From an uncultured bacterium (lineage in GTDB: Bacteria > Babelota > Babeliae > Babelales > Vermiphilaceae), in NCBI GenBank assembly GCA_963701085.1, contig OY969561.1, positions 1,056,001 through 1,120,000 on the forward strand: DNA of 64,000 nt, written 5' to 3'. Position 1 is the first letter of the stretch; the number at the start of each line of letters is the position of its first letter. A model generated the notes under the pieces. That model was given only the letters and a program-made list of their open reading frames with translations, searched no databases and had not been told where the DNA came from. Positions 31,989 through 41,238 of the stretch are shown here, one piece after another. A program made the position numbers and the translations under genes.

Positions 31989-32111
31989 CCGTTCGTATGG
32001 TTCGACAGGCTCACCACGAACGGGTTTTTAAGAATTCAATTTCCCGTTCGCACTGCCTGTCCTTCGTAGCTTTAGCGAAGTAGGGAGCTTGTCGAAGTGA
32101 GCGAATGGGAA
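31989..32111. repeat. Inverted pair of family-A REP-like units between nrdA and nrdB; the second contains a nested family-B unit
   Basis: ccgttcgtatggttcgacaggctcaccacgaacgg (31989-32023); ttcccgttcgcactg[cctgtccttcgtagctttagcgaagtagg]gagcttgtcgaagtgagcgaatgggaa (32041-32111). Confidence 0.85.
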
Positions 32112-32128
32112 TAAGAAGGGAAAATATA

Positions 32129-33130
32129 ATGAATAAAAATGGAATTATAAATAATTCAACGGTAGATCCAAATAAAATTTTGCCAATGAGATATCCATGG
32201 GCGCGTCAGCATTATAAAGATGGCGTTGCAAATAATTGGACGCCAGAAGAAGTATCAATGCAGCATGATGTTGAGCAATGGAAATCATCTACGGTTTTAA
32301 CACCATCAGAACGCCGCTTGATTTTATGGAATCTTGGTTTCTTTTCAACGGCTGAATCGTTGACAGCAAATAATTTGGTGTTGACCGTGTATAAACACGT
32401 AACCAATCCAGAATGCCGTCAATATCTATTGCGTCAGGCGTATGAAGAAGCGGTTCATACTGATACATTTATTTATTGTTGTGATTCATTGGGGTTAGAT
32501 CCAGATGAAATATACAAGATGTATGAAACGGTACCTTCTATTAAAGCAAAAGATGATTTTGTGGTTGGTTTAACAAAATCAATTTTTGATCCAAATTTTA
32601 CCACTGATACCACGGCAAACATTCAACGTTTTTTGCATGATTTAATTGGTTTTTACGTGATCATGGAAGGTATTTTCTTTTATGCGGGATTTGCAATGAT
32701 GCTTGCATTAAAACGTCAAAATAAAATGATTGGTGTTGGTGAGCAGTTTGAATATATTATGCGTGATGAAAGTCTTCATCTTGCATTTGGTTGTGATTTG
32801 ATCAACGTGATAAAATCAGAAAACCCTGAAGTGTGGACAGAGTCATTCCAACAAGAAATTGTTGAGTTGATTAAACAAGCAGTTGTGTTGGAAAAGGTTT
32901 ATGCGCATGATGCGTGCCCACAAGGAATGTTTGGTATTAATGCTGAGCAGTTTGCTGAATATGTTGAGCATATAACGGATCGTCGCTTAGAGCGGATTGA
33001 TTTGCCAAAAATATATGGCACTAAAAATCCATTCCCATGGATGTCTCAATCAACTGATTTGAGCAAAGAAAAGAACTTTTTTGAATCACGTGTTACGGAG
33101 TATCAGACAGCTGGTTCATTGGAGTGGTAA
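32129..33130 (+). CDS. nrdB: Ribonucleotide reductase beta subunit, class Ic (Mn/Fe)-type signature
   Basis: FFSTAESL, EEAVHTDTF, MEGIFFYAGF, RDESLH, EKNFFE. Confidence 0.95.
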   Translation: MNKNGIINNSTVDPNKILPMRYPWARQHYKDGVANNWTPEEVSMQHDVEQWKSSTVLTPSERRLILWNLGFFSTAESLTANNLVLTVYKHVTNPECRQYLLRQAYEEAVHTDTFIYCCDSLGLDPDEIYKMYETVPSIKAKDDFVVGLTKSIFDPNFTTDTTANIQRFLHDLIGFYVIMEGIFFYAGFAMMLALKRQNKMIGVGEQFEYIMRDESLHLAFGCDLINVIKSENPEVWTESFQQEIVELIKQAVVLEKVYAHDACPQGMFGINAEQFAEYVEHITDRRLERIDLPKIYGTKNPFPWMSQSTDLSKEKNFFESRVTEYQTAGSLEW

Positions 33131-33152
33131 AAGTAGCATAGCTATGAATGAA

Positions 33153-33202
33153 CCTGTCCTTCGTCCTTCGACAAGCTCAGGATGAGCGGAGAGCGAAGTA
33201 GG
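33153..33202. repeat. Family-B unit with a nested family-A unit, downstream of nrdB
   Basis: cctgtccttcg[tccttcgacaagctcaggatgagcggag]agcgaagtagg. Confidence 0.8.
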
Positions 33203-33305
33203 ATTAATGTAGGGAGAAGAATAAAAAAATTCTTCTCCTTTTTTTTGTCAAAATAGTTATGTATAGTGCTTGTGAGATTTGTTTTTTTACATAAAGGAGT
33301 TTGGC

Positions 33306-33557
33306 ATGGAAAAGAAAATAGTTGTTGTAGCATCTCTTTTGTTGTGTGTAGTCGCATTACAGGGTATGAATACTAGTAAAAAAGTTGTTATTAAGGATAG
33401 CAAAGATTTTGACAAAATTGTTCGTGCACGCGATATGTATAAAAAGAGTAATAATATTGGTATGAGTGATGTAACAAGAGGTAATAAAATTAATTGCGAT
33501 CCTATTCAATCTTCAGATACAAAGAAGCAAGACGCTACAAAAACAGAAGAAATATAA
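33306..33557 (+). CDS. Small secreted hypothetical protein
   Basis: aaggag RBS; signal peptide ending LQG-MN. Confidence 0.65.
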   Translation: MEKKIVVVASLLLCVVALQGMNTSKKVVIKDSKDFDKIVRARDMYKKSNNIGMSDVTRGNKINCDPIQSSDTKKQDATKTEEI

Positions 33558-33583
33558 AAATGTAATAAAGAGAGGAGTGAGTT

Positions 33584-34684
33584 ATGTTGAAAAAAATAAC
33601 GAACTGTTCATTACTGATATTATCATTCTTATTCATGGCGCATGGCATGAATCATGCCGCTCAATTTCTTAAATCACCTGAGGTTCAGGAGTTGGAAAAT
33701 GTTGTTGGTCAAGCTGTTAGTAATTCTGCAGTGCAGGATGAAGCGAAAAATATTTTTAATGAAATTACTCACAACACATCGAGTATATCAACGACTACTA
33801 CAACGACCACTAATTCAACTTTGCCTACAGTACCGAGTATATTAATTAATGGTCAAGAGGAGTCTAAAAAGAGTCCAGTACCTAATTTGGATTTAGGTTC
33901 CTTTTTGTCTCCCACGAGAGCTACGAGCACCTCAATACCAAAAACACCGATTCATAACGCTAGGCAACTATCACACAATGTTGCAAATGCAAAAAGAGCA
34001 CAAACAGAGCGTAGTGCACGGGCAAGTAGCAATGGAGGCTCTCAGGATGTTGTTATTAACATGGCCAATATGCCAAAAAGAAATATGTTATCTCAATCAT
34101 CACCTCCCATTCAAGATAATGCTTTAATAGATGATTTGGCAGCAATGGAGAAAAAATATTTACCTAACGAGGTATGGGGATTTGTAGCTAAAGCGAATCC
34201 TGTTCTTCACAAATTTGCACAAGATCATAATTTATCTTTGGATGATTTTTTGATGTTTGCTGATTTGAAAAATCAATTTGATGTTTCTCCGCAGGCTGTT
34301 GTTGATCAGATAAAAAATAAATTGCCTGATGATAAAAAAATAGCTGATTGGAAGCAACGTGAAAAGTATGAGAAGATAAAAAAAAATAATCCGGACAAAT
34401 ATGAAGAAATAATTTTGGAAATTTTTAAAGATGTTCTTGATCAACAAGATGGTCAAGGTAAGCCATCAGCGTTTGCTGATACGCATATTGATTTGTTAGA
34501 AGGGCAGGTTGCTGAAGATCAGAACACTAAGCGTAATTTATGGATAGCGGTGGCTGTTAAAGCAGTAATGCTTGTTGCGGGCCTTGCGGGAACTTTAGCC
34601 TGGGGTGCTTATGGTCAAGCGCATACACCGAGCACTGCACCGACTCATGCTCCAACTTTCGCTCCTACTTTTGCTCCAGTATAA
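33584..34684 (+). CDS. Secreted or membrane-anchored hypothetical protein
   Basis: gaggag RBS, signal peptide, C-terminal TM helix and APTx repeats. Confidence 0.7.
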   Translation: MLKKITNCSLLILSFLFMAHGMNHAAQFLKSPEVQELENVVGQAVSNSAVQDEAKNIFNEITHNTSSISTTTTTTTNSTLPTVPSILINGQEESKKSPVPNLDLGSFLSPTRATSTSIPKTPIHNARQLSHNVANAKRAQTERSARASSNGGSQDVVINMANMPKRNMLSQSSPPIQDNALIDDLAAMEKKYLPNEVWGFVAKANPVLHKFAQDHNLSLDDFLMFADLKNQFDVSPQAVVDQIKNKLPDDKKIADWKQREKYEKIKKNNPDKYEEIILEIFKDVLDQQDGQGKPSAFADTHIDLLEGQVAEDQNTKRNLWIAVAVKAVMLVAGLAGTLAWGAYGQAHTPSTAPTHAPTFAPTFAPV

Positions 34685-35116
34685 TTATCTATATACTTTG
34701 TTGATCAATGTTGTGAGAGCTTTTTCCGTTAATGGGCCGCCATCATAGCGGCCTATTTCTTTGCCGTTGCGTAAAAATATGAGCGTTGGAATGCTGGTGA
34801 TTTTGAAATCAGCCGATAGATCTAAGAAAAAGTCGCGATTTATTTTAATGAACCTGATATTTGGCATTACTCCTGCAACGGTTTCAACGATTGGCGATAG
34901 CCGTCTGCATGGTCCACACCAATCAGCATAAAATTGGAGAATTACGTTGCCAGTGCTGCTGAATGATTTGAGATGTGTTTGTGAAGAACCGGCTGTTTTT
35001 TTCTGGTCATGTAAATAAAAGATGTTGGTTATGGGGTTGTTGTTATTGCAAAAGAGTAAACAGGTGAATATAGGTGCTAGTAAAAGCATGACTATGAGTA
35101 AGCGTTTGTTTTTCAT
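34685..35116 (-). CDS. Thioredoxin-family protein with N-terminal signal or anchor
   Basis: FYADWCGPCRRL, SIPTLIFLRNGKE. Confidence 0.9.
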   Translation of the reverse strand: MKNKRLLIVMLLLAPIFTCLLFCNNNNPITNIFYLHDQKKTAGSSQTHLKSFSSTGNVILQFYADWCGPCRRLSPIVETVAGVMPNIRFIKINRDFFLDLSADFKITSIPTLIFLRNGKEIGRYDGGPLTEKALTTLINKVYR

Positions 35117-35299
35117 AATATTCTCATTATTTAATGTATGTGTCCTTATTATTAGCGTATATTTATTTTCTATTTTCGCAAATGGGGTCTCAAAAAGCCT
35201 TGTTAATGCTGTTTTTATGGGAAAATGGCTGTATACTGAGGGTATATAGGGATTTTTGGGGGGTTAAAAAGTTCCATTTCTTGTTAAATGTTCTTTCCT

Positions 35300-35693
35300 C
35301 GCGCTCGTCCTGAGTTTGTCGAAGGATATCTTCGAGCGCAGTATTAAGAGTTAAATATGCAAAATTACTTTTATCTGTATATTTTAAAATGTGTTAATGG
35401 TGCCTATTATGTAGGGCATACAGATAATATTGAACAGCGTCTGTCAGAGCATCATTTGGGTGTAATTAGTAATTGTTATACAAAAAATAAAAGACCTTTA
35501 GAGCTTGTGTTCCTACAGGATTTTCCTACAAGGGATGCTGCATTTCATGCAGAGCGCCAAGTTAAAGGATGGTCTCGTAAGAAAAAAGAAGCATTGATGA
35601 GAAGCGATTGGGAAGAAATAAGACAATTAAATGTTTTACATAAGAAACAAAGATCGCTCGAGGATATCCTTCGACAAACTCAGGACGAGCGCG
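35300..35693. mobile_element. GIY-YIG cassette 1 bounded by 39-bp inverted repeats (35300-35338 and 35655-35693)
   Basis: cgcgctcgtcctgagtttgtcgaaggatatc(t/c)tcgagcg in inverted orientation, 38/39 match, around the nuclease ORF. Confidence 0.8.
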
Positions 35694-35704
35694 GGGAAGA
35701 ATAG
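35357..35704 (+). CDS. GIY-YIG nuclease (YhbQ/UPF0213 type)
   Basis: YLYILKCVNGAYYVGHTDNIEQRLSEH..YTKNKRP..AERQVKGWSRKKKEAL; reads through the right IR. Confidence 0.93.
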   Translation: MQNYFYLYILKCVNGAYYVGHTDNIEQRLSEHHLGVISNCYTKNKRPLELVFLQDFPTRDAAFHAERQVKGWSRKKKEALMRSDWEEIRQLNVLHKKQRSLEDILRQTQDERGEE

Positions 35705-35742
35705 GATTTGTTTGTTGAAGAATTAGAATAATATGGAAAAGT

Positions 35743-36405
35743 ATGAATAAGCATGATAAAGCGGCATTAATAGAGCAATTGCTCGCGTATGTGACGGATA
35801 ATAAGCGTGAAAAAATGCAGGCAGTGCTTGTAAACCGCACTCGTTATATTACCGTTATCTTGGAAGATCTCTTTCAGCCGCACAATGCGAGTGCTGCATT
35901 GCGTACCTGTGATATTTTTGGAGTTCAGGATGTTCATGTGGTGGAGGCAAAACATACTTTTAAAGCAATTCCAACCATTGCTATGGGATCATCAAAATGG
36001 GTTGATGTGTATTCTTATTCATTAATCACCGATTCAATTACTGAGCTGAAAAAGCAGGGGTATCGAATAGTTGCAACAACACCACATACTGATTGTTACG
36101 AGCTACCAAATTTGCCACTTGATCAAAAAACAGCACTTGTTTTTGGTAGTGAACAAACCGGGTTATCGGAGGCTGCTTTAGCCCAGGCTGATACGTTTGT
36201 TAAAATACCCATGTATGGCTTTGTGGAAAGTTTTAATGTATCTGTGAGCGTTGCTCTTTGTTTGTATGATGTTATTAATAGATTACATCGTTCATCATAT
36301 GTATGGCAGCTTTCTGAGGACGAAAAGCACGATATCATGCTTGCATGGATTCGTAGGATATCTCAAACGGCAGCATTGCTTGAAAAAGCAGAAAAATTGG
36401 ATTAA
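35743..36405 (+). CDS. trmH: TrmH-family tRNA 2'-O-methyltransferase (SpoU)
   Basis: LEDLFQPHNASAALRTCDIFG, ALVFGSEQTGLS, IPMYGFVESFNVSVS. Confidence 0.88.
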   Translation: MNKHDKAALIEQLLAYVTDNKREKMQAVLVNRTRYITVILEDLFQPHNASAALRTCDIFGVQDVHVVEAKHTFKAIPTIAMGSSKWVDVYSYSLITDSITELKKQGYRIVATTPHTDCYELPNLPLDQKTALVFGSEQTGLSEAALAQADTFVKIPMYGFVESFNVSVSVALCLYDVINRLHRSSYVWQLSEDEKHDIMLAWIRRISQTAALLEKAEKLD

Positions 36406-36420
36406 AAAAATTGGATTAAA

Positions 36421-36450
36421 AAAAAAGAGGAGCTGAAATGCTCCTCTTTT
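36421..36450. terminator. Bidirectional intrinsic terminator
   Basis: aaaaaagaggagc-tgaaat-gctcctctttt between convergent genes. Confidence 0.85.
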
Positions 36451-36473
36451 AAATTCTTATAAATAACTAAAAT

Positions 36474-36872
36474 TTAGTTACTGTCTGTTGCATATTCGTC
36501 ATCGCCAAAGATATCTTCATCAGCGTTAACATCTTGCGCATTGTATGCTTGTTGTAATTGGTACGCTGCATATGCTGCTGCAACTAATACCATAGTGCGA
36601 CCAATGTAATTGTTGTTAACATATGCTTGAAAATTTCCACCTTGTAGGTAGCTAATTTTTGTAAGTTGATTTAAAAATAAAGGATTAACAGCCCAGTTAA
36701 CGATTAAGTCTGTTGCGTCAACAGTGTATTTTGCTGCGAAAGCAAAAGGAGCTTTTGCTAAGTTAATTACTTCCGAAAAAAAATTAGATTGAGTTGAAGT
36801 TGTGTTATCCATAGAAAACACAGAAGAAGCTGTAAATAAAACTGAGAGTAATGCAATACGTGATATGTTCAT
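36474..36872 (-). CDS. Secreted or membrane hypothetical protein
   Basis: aagga RBS; signal peptide ending VFS-MD. Confidence 0.65.
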   Translation of the reverse strand: MNISRIALLSVLFTASSVFSMDNTTSTQSNFFSEVINLAKAPFAFAAKYTVDATDLIVNWAVNPLFLNQLTKISYLQGGNFQAYVNNNYIGRTMVLVAAAYAAYQLQQAYNAQDVNADEDIFGDDEYATDSN

Positions 36873-37015
36873 AGAGAGTCCTTCAGTATAGAGATTATAA
36901 TTGATGACACTGTTTTATACTTCATTGTGAAGTATCTTGACCTAAATCGTATCCGGAAAACGGCTTTGTGTCAACGGGGGGTAAAAAGGGAAAGAGGGTA
37001 TGGCTATAACCTTGT

Positions 37016-37435
37016 TCATGCGCGCGCATAGATACATTTACCATAGTGCTTAATTGAATAACTAAGCGTAGATTGATCGTTTGAATAATCATCAAATTCT
37101 TCTTTGGTGTAAACCAAAATATTTTTGGCAATTTTAACACCAATAAGAGCTTTATGTCCTTCAGCCATAAGAGCATATCGCTGTTGAAGACCAGCCATAT
37201 CATCATTTACAATTACCAGGATACCAATATCAATAGTATCTTCTCGCTGCGGTTCTAATAAATAAATTTCACGAGGGTTATATGTTTTAACAAGTCGTTT
37301 TGTGATTTCTTCTATTGTTTTTTGATCTAGTTGTTGCGTTTCCACAATGATTACCTCAACATTAAATTGATCTGTATAATAAATATACTTTATCGTTAGT
37401 TTATAGGTTATACAAACTCTTATGGAGACATTCAC
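37016..37435 (-). CDS. Minimal nucleotidyltransferase (MNT)-like protein, degenerate
   Basis: IEEITKRLVKTYNPREIYL...DIGILVIV...NILVYTKEEF..IKHYGKCIY resembles MNT antitoxins, but the FGS motif is missing; start uncertain. Confidence 0.6.
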   Translation of the reverse strand: MNVSIRVCITYKLTIKYIYYTDQFNVEVIIVETQQLDQKTIEEITKRLVKTYNPREIYLLEPQREDTIDIGILVIVNDDMAGLQQRYALMAEGHKALIGVKIAKNILVYTKEEFDDYSNDQSTLSYSIKHYGKCIYARA

Positions 37436-37436
37436 A

Positions 37437-37550
37437 ATGAGCAGTAGATTTGCTAAGGATTTAAAGGCATCGCTTAAAGAAGCTATTGCCTATGAGAAAG
37501 CTGGCCTGCCAGCCGTAGCTTTACGCGAAATAAATAATTTTGATTTTTAG
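37437..37550 (+). pseudogene. Possible truncated HigA/XRE-type antitoxin N-terminus running into a family-B repeat
   Basis: ggag RBS; MSSRFAKDLKASLKEAIAYEKAG followed by repeat-derived codons and a stop. Confidence 0.35.
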
Positions 37551-37671
37551 TCTGCCCGCCGTCGCTAAAGCTATGGCGGACAGCTTTCGCCATTTATTGT
37601 AAGTATTTTTTTTGAATTTGTATCCAACCTTTAAAAAAGCTGGCTTGCCAGCCGTAGCTTTACGCGAAGGC

Positions 37672-37674
<3 letters not shown>
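37497..37674. repeat. Three family-B palindromic units at the tRNA-Arg 3' end
   Basis: aaagctggc(c/t)tgccagccgtagctttacgcgaa at 37497-37529 and 37636-37668 (32/33); inverted ctgcccgccgtcgctaaagctatggcggacag at 37552-37583. Confidence 0.85.
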
Positions 37675-37748
<74 letters not shown>

Positions 37749-37796
37749 ATCTCATGATTATTAATTATACCAACAAATTTCAAAAAATCATTAGAA

Positions 37797-39296
37797 TTAA
37801 TAGCTTATTGGGATAAATAATTTAATAAACTCAGCGGTAATAGTGTGTATCTGTTTTTGCAGTTCATCTGATATATCCTGTGTTTGGGCGATGGTAGTAT
37901 AAACATTGGGATAGACAGATTTGATATAACTTACGCATTGAAGTGCAAAAGGGTTGACTTGGTTGAGGGCGATGGAATCAAGAAAACCTTCTTTTAAGAA
38001 TAAGAGCATAAGCGCTTGATCAACAAATGAAAATGTTATGTATTGAGGTTGTTTGAGAAGCTCAATTGCACGTTTGCCGCGTTCAAGTTGCCGGTGTGAT
38101 ACTTCGTCCAGTTCAGCGCCAAATTGAGCAAATGCAAGTAGCTCTTGATATTGGGCAAGTTCTAGACGTAAAGCGCGGGTCATTTTTTTAACTGCTTTGG
38201 TTTGCGCAGCTCCACCAACACGAGAAACTGATAACTCAGCGTTTACTGCAGGGCGAATTCCCTGATTAAAGAGGTTGGTATCAAGAAAAATTTGGCCATC
38301 GGTGATAGAAATAAGGTTTGTTGGGATATATGCGGTAATATCATCACCTTGAATTTGTACAATAGGCAATGCCGTGATGGAACCACCTTTTGCTAATTTT
38401 CCTGCACGTTCAAGCAATCGGGAATGGAGATAAAAAACGTCTCCTGGGTAAGCTTCTCGGCCTGGTGATCGTCGCAGGAGGAGTGACATTTCACGAAATG
38501 CTATAGCATGATTGCTCAGATCATCATATACAATGAGCACATCTTTGCCTTGATCGCGGAAATATTCAGCAATAGTGCATCCAACATAAGGAGCAAGATA
38601 TTGACTCAAGACTGCATCGCCAGAATCAGCACTAATAATAACTGAATATTCAAGCGCACCATTTTTTTCTAATAATGAAACAAGTCGAGCTAAGTTTGCT
38701 TGGCGTTGTCCAATGGAGACATAGATACAAATGACGTTTTTGTCTTTTTGATGCAAAATTGTATCAATCACTATTGATGATTTACCCGTACTTCTGTTAC
38801 CGACAATCAGTTCTCGCTGTCCTTTTCCGATAGGAACTAAGACATCAATTGCCAGAATACCAGTTTCGAGGGATTCATTTACGGGAGATCGCTCCATAAT
38901 ACCAGGAATATCTGTTTCTATAGGACGAAATTCTGTTGTATTAAGATCGCCAGCACCATCGCATGGTAATCCTTCAGCGGTTATAACACGGCCAAGCAGC
39001 GATGAGCCAACAGGAGTTGTAAATACTGAATGAGATCTCTTTGCTGTTTCAAGTTCTGCAACCGGAATTGATCTATCAATTAAAAAAATAGCAGCTGAGT
39101 TTTCATTGAGCTGAAAAACAATACCGCTATTTCCGCCTTCAAAGGTGATCAGTTCACCAAGCATGGCATGTGATAAACCATATACCGTACAAATGTTATC
39201 GCCAACGCGAATAACGGTACCAATTTCTTGGAGTTGTTCTTCTGGTAAATCACGCAGTGATCGTTCAAAGAGTGATATGAGATCAGTGTTTTTCAT
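37797..39296 (-). CDS. atpA: F0F1 ATP synthase alpha subunit
   Basis: [61 protein letters not shown]. Confidence 0.97.
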   Translation of the reverse strand: MKNTDLISLFERSLRDLPEEQLQEIGTVIRVGDNICTVYGLSHAMLGELITFEGGNSGIVFQLNENSAAIFLIDRSIPVAELETAKRSHSVFTTPVGSSLLGRVITAEGLPCDGAGDLNTTEFRPIETDIPGIMERSPVNESLETGILAIDVLVPIGKGQRELIVGNRSTGKSSIVIDTILHQKDKNVICIYVSIGQRQANLARLVSLLEKNGALEYSVIISADSGDAVLSQYLAPYVGCTIAEYFRDQGKDVLIVYDDLSNHAIAFREMSLLLRRSPGREAYPGDVFYLHSRLLERAGKLAKGGSITALPIVQIQGDDITAYIPTNLISITDGQIFLDTNLFNQGIRPAVNAELSVSRVGGAAQTKAVKKMTRALRLELAQYQELLAFAQFGAELDEVSHRQLERGKRAIELLKQPQYITFSFVDQALMLLFLKEGFLDSIALNQVNPFALQCVSYIKSVYPNVYTTIAQTQDISDELQKQIHTITAEFIKLFIPISY

Positions 39297-39309
39297 ATTT
39301 TTTTGCTTT

Positions 39310-39855
39310 CTATTTTTCTAACTTCTGCAAGGTTTGCAGATGCTTGCGTACTGAATATTCCCAGAGATAATCATCGCTTTGCAATCTGAGGCCTGCAATA
39401 AGTGATGGATCAAGGGAAGGTGTACCGGTAATGTTTTTATTAAGTAATTGCCCAAGGAATTTTTTAATTGATTCAATTTGTTTTTCATGAAGATTGTGAG
39501 CGCTTTTAAGAGAAAATTCAACGTTGTTAGTTTGGTTATTATAGAGCTTGATAATACAGAATAGTACATCAGGGATGTAAAAAGAGCGATCGTGTGTAAT
39601 AAGTAGCAACATAATTGCTGATAGCTGATGCGGTAAAGAGAAGTGTCCAATAAGGTCAGCAATCATTGATTTTTTTCTTTTTTGGTCAAACTGTGGTAAT
39701 TGCAAGAAAAGTAGCGTTTGCTTATGTTTTTGTAAAAATTTTTGCGCTATGAAGATTTTTCCTATATCAGCAAAAGAGCACGCTTTGGGGAAAACAGTCA
39801 TAAAAGCAGCAGCGTATTTTTTTGAAATATTTCTATCAATAGGTGTGTAATTCAC
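39310..39855 (-). CDS. atpH: ATP synthase delta subunit
   Basis: SKKYAAAF..., DPSLIAGLRL..WEYSVR; lies between atpF and atpA. Confidence 0.85.
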   Translation of the reverse strand: MNYTPIDRNISKKYAAAFMTVFPKACSFADIGKIFIAQKFLQKHKQTLLFLQLPQFDQKRKKSMIADLIGHFSLPHQLSAIMLLLITHDRSFYIPDVLFCIIKLYNNQTNNVEFSLKSAHNLHEKQIESIKKFLGQLLNKNITGTPSLDPSLIAGLRLQSDDYLWEYSVRKHLQTLQKLEK

Positions 39856-40349
39856 GATATTCTTTCATCCATAAAGTGAAGAATTGAATTAAGATACGCT
39901 GATCCCTGCTGTTGATCTTTAAATTGAGTAGAAAGAGATTTTTTTACATCAGCAACAACAGTTTGAGTGATAATATTTTTAACGCGGCTATGTTCACGTT
40001 GAATAGCATTATAAGCCATGCGCTTGTGTACGATTGCTACGGTGCTATTGTGTTCTTTTTCTTGATATTCCCGTTCAAGAGCAACTGCTTTTTTCCACTC
40101 ATCAATTTTTGATCTAAATTTTTCACATTGCAAGGCATCTGTTTTGAGAAGAATATCAAGATTTAATTGTTGTTTTTCAAGATGCGCTTGTTGTAAAAAG
40201 AGAGAATCTTGCATCTCCTTTTTTCGTGCTATGCTTAAAAAAAGGTCAGGCATAACATGTTTTTTAAAAAGAATAAAACCAACGCTGAGTAGAGCGGCAA
40301 AGTTGATGAGTCTAAACGCGATGGCAATAATGTCTTGATTAGTGAACAT
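39852..40349 (-). CDS. atpF: ATP synthase subunit b
   Basis: FRLINFAALL N-terminal TM plus coiled coil; operon position. Confidence 0.75.
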   Translation of the reverse strand: MFTNQDIIAIAFRLINFAALLSVGFILFKKHVMPDLFLSIARKKEMQDSLFLQQAHLEKQQLNLDILLKTDALQCEKFRSKIDEWKKAVALEREYQEKEHNSTVAIVHKRMAYNAIQREHSRVKNIITQTVVADVKKSLSTQFKDQQQGSAYLNSILHFMDERIS

Positions 40350-40713
40350 GTTTTATTTTTTCCTCTATAATGCCGTGTACGTCAGCGATTATATGCGCTA
40401 TGTCTGTGGGTGATAATTCAGCAGGTGCGGCAATACTGTTTTCTGTATCGTCTACAAAGAACGGTATTTCTTTAGGAAGATGTGGTTGATGCGTGTTAAA
40501 GTATTCCTGACAAATGTGCCAGTGGCGTTGCCGTTCTTTTTCTTGAATTTCAAGGCTTTTTTTCTGTTGATCAATGATATCAATCATAGCATTTTCCTGG
40601 GCTTTTTCATGCTCAATAACGCTGACGACTGGTTTAAATAAAAAAAATCGCACCATCCAATAGACAATAAAAAAATTGAACGCTTGGACAAAAAGTGTTG
40701 CATTTATATTCAT
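40339..40713 (-). CDS. ATP synthase subunit b'
   Basis: MNINATLFVQAFNFFIVYWMVRFFLFKPV; operon position. Confidence 0.75.
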   Translation of the reverse strand: MNINATLFVQAFNFFIVYWMVRFFLFKPVVSVIEHEKAQENAMIDIIDQQKKSLEIQEKERQRHWHICQEYFNTHQPHLPKEIPFFVDDTENSIAAPAELSPTDIAHIIADVHGIIEEKIKHVH

Positions 40714-40718
40714 TGAGA

Positions 40719-40973
40719 TCACCCAATTTGAGAGCCAAAGAGTAGCAATGCGCCAGAAATTAAGAGGCAATAGATTGAAGACGATTCTACGATAATAAGT
40801 GCAAAAATCATTGTTGAACGAATTTTATTTGCGCTTTCTGGATACTTGCCAATATTTTCACATGCCTTCATGCCAATGATTCCTTGACCAAGAGCTGGAC
40901 CAAGACTTCCCACGCCCATCGTTATTGCGGCACCGAGAAAAGCAGCTGCTTTTGCATAAAAGATTCCATCCAT
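40719..40973 (-). CDS. atpE: ATP synthase subunit c
   Basis: Two TM helices, GPALGQG, IVESSSIY. Confidence 0.95.
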   Translation of the reverse strand: MDGIFYAKAAAFLGAAITMGVGSLGPALGQGIIGMKACENIGKYPESANKIRSTMIFALIIVESSSIYCLLISGALLLFGSQIG

Positions 40974-41238
40974 GGATGACCCCTTTATTTATAATTATTG
41001 TTGTTATTACCTTCTTTTCCTAGTGTAACGCCTTTTTTTATTTTTTCACAAGAATAATCTTGACAAAAGGCTTATTTTTGACAGAAATCGTTAAAGTTGC
41101 TCTTTGGTTGCAGTGAGGGTAGTATCATTTTTTCTAAAATTTTGTAATAATCATTACTATAACCATCGATATAATGGCATGATTTATCTGTTATTTTTAA
41201 AAAAAATCTGAAATTTAATCAAAGAAATATAAAAAATT

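Noticed and set aside
32105-32128. Upstream ATG for nrdB
   Set aside because: It lies inside the repeat; ATG 32129 has a plausible RBS and was preferred.
35300-35693. Classical insertion sequence
   Set aside because: The ORF is a GIY-YIG nuclease rather than a DDE or HUH transposase, and no external target-site duplication was seen.
36392-36420. 14-bp tandem repeat aaaaattggattaa at the trmH stop
   Set aside because: A simple local duplication with no sign of function.
37497-37668. 33-bp direct repeats as a CRISPR array
   Set aside because: Only two copies ~106 bp apart, the intervening DNA holds another palindrome of the same family, and no cas genes are present.
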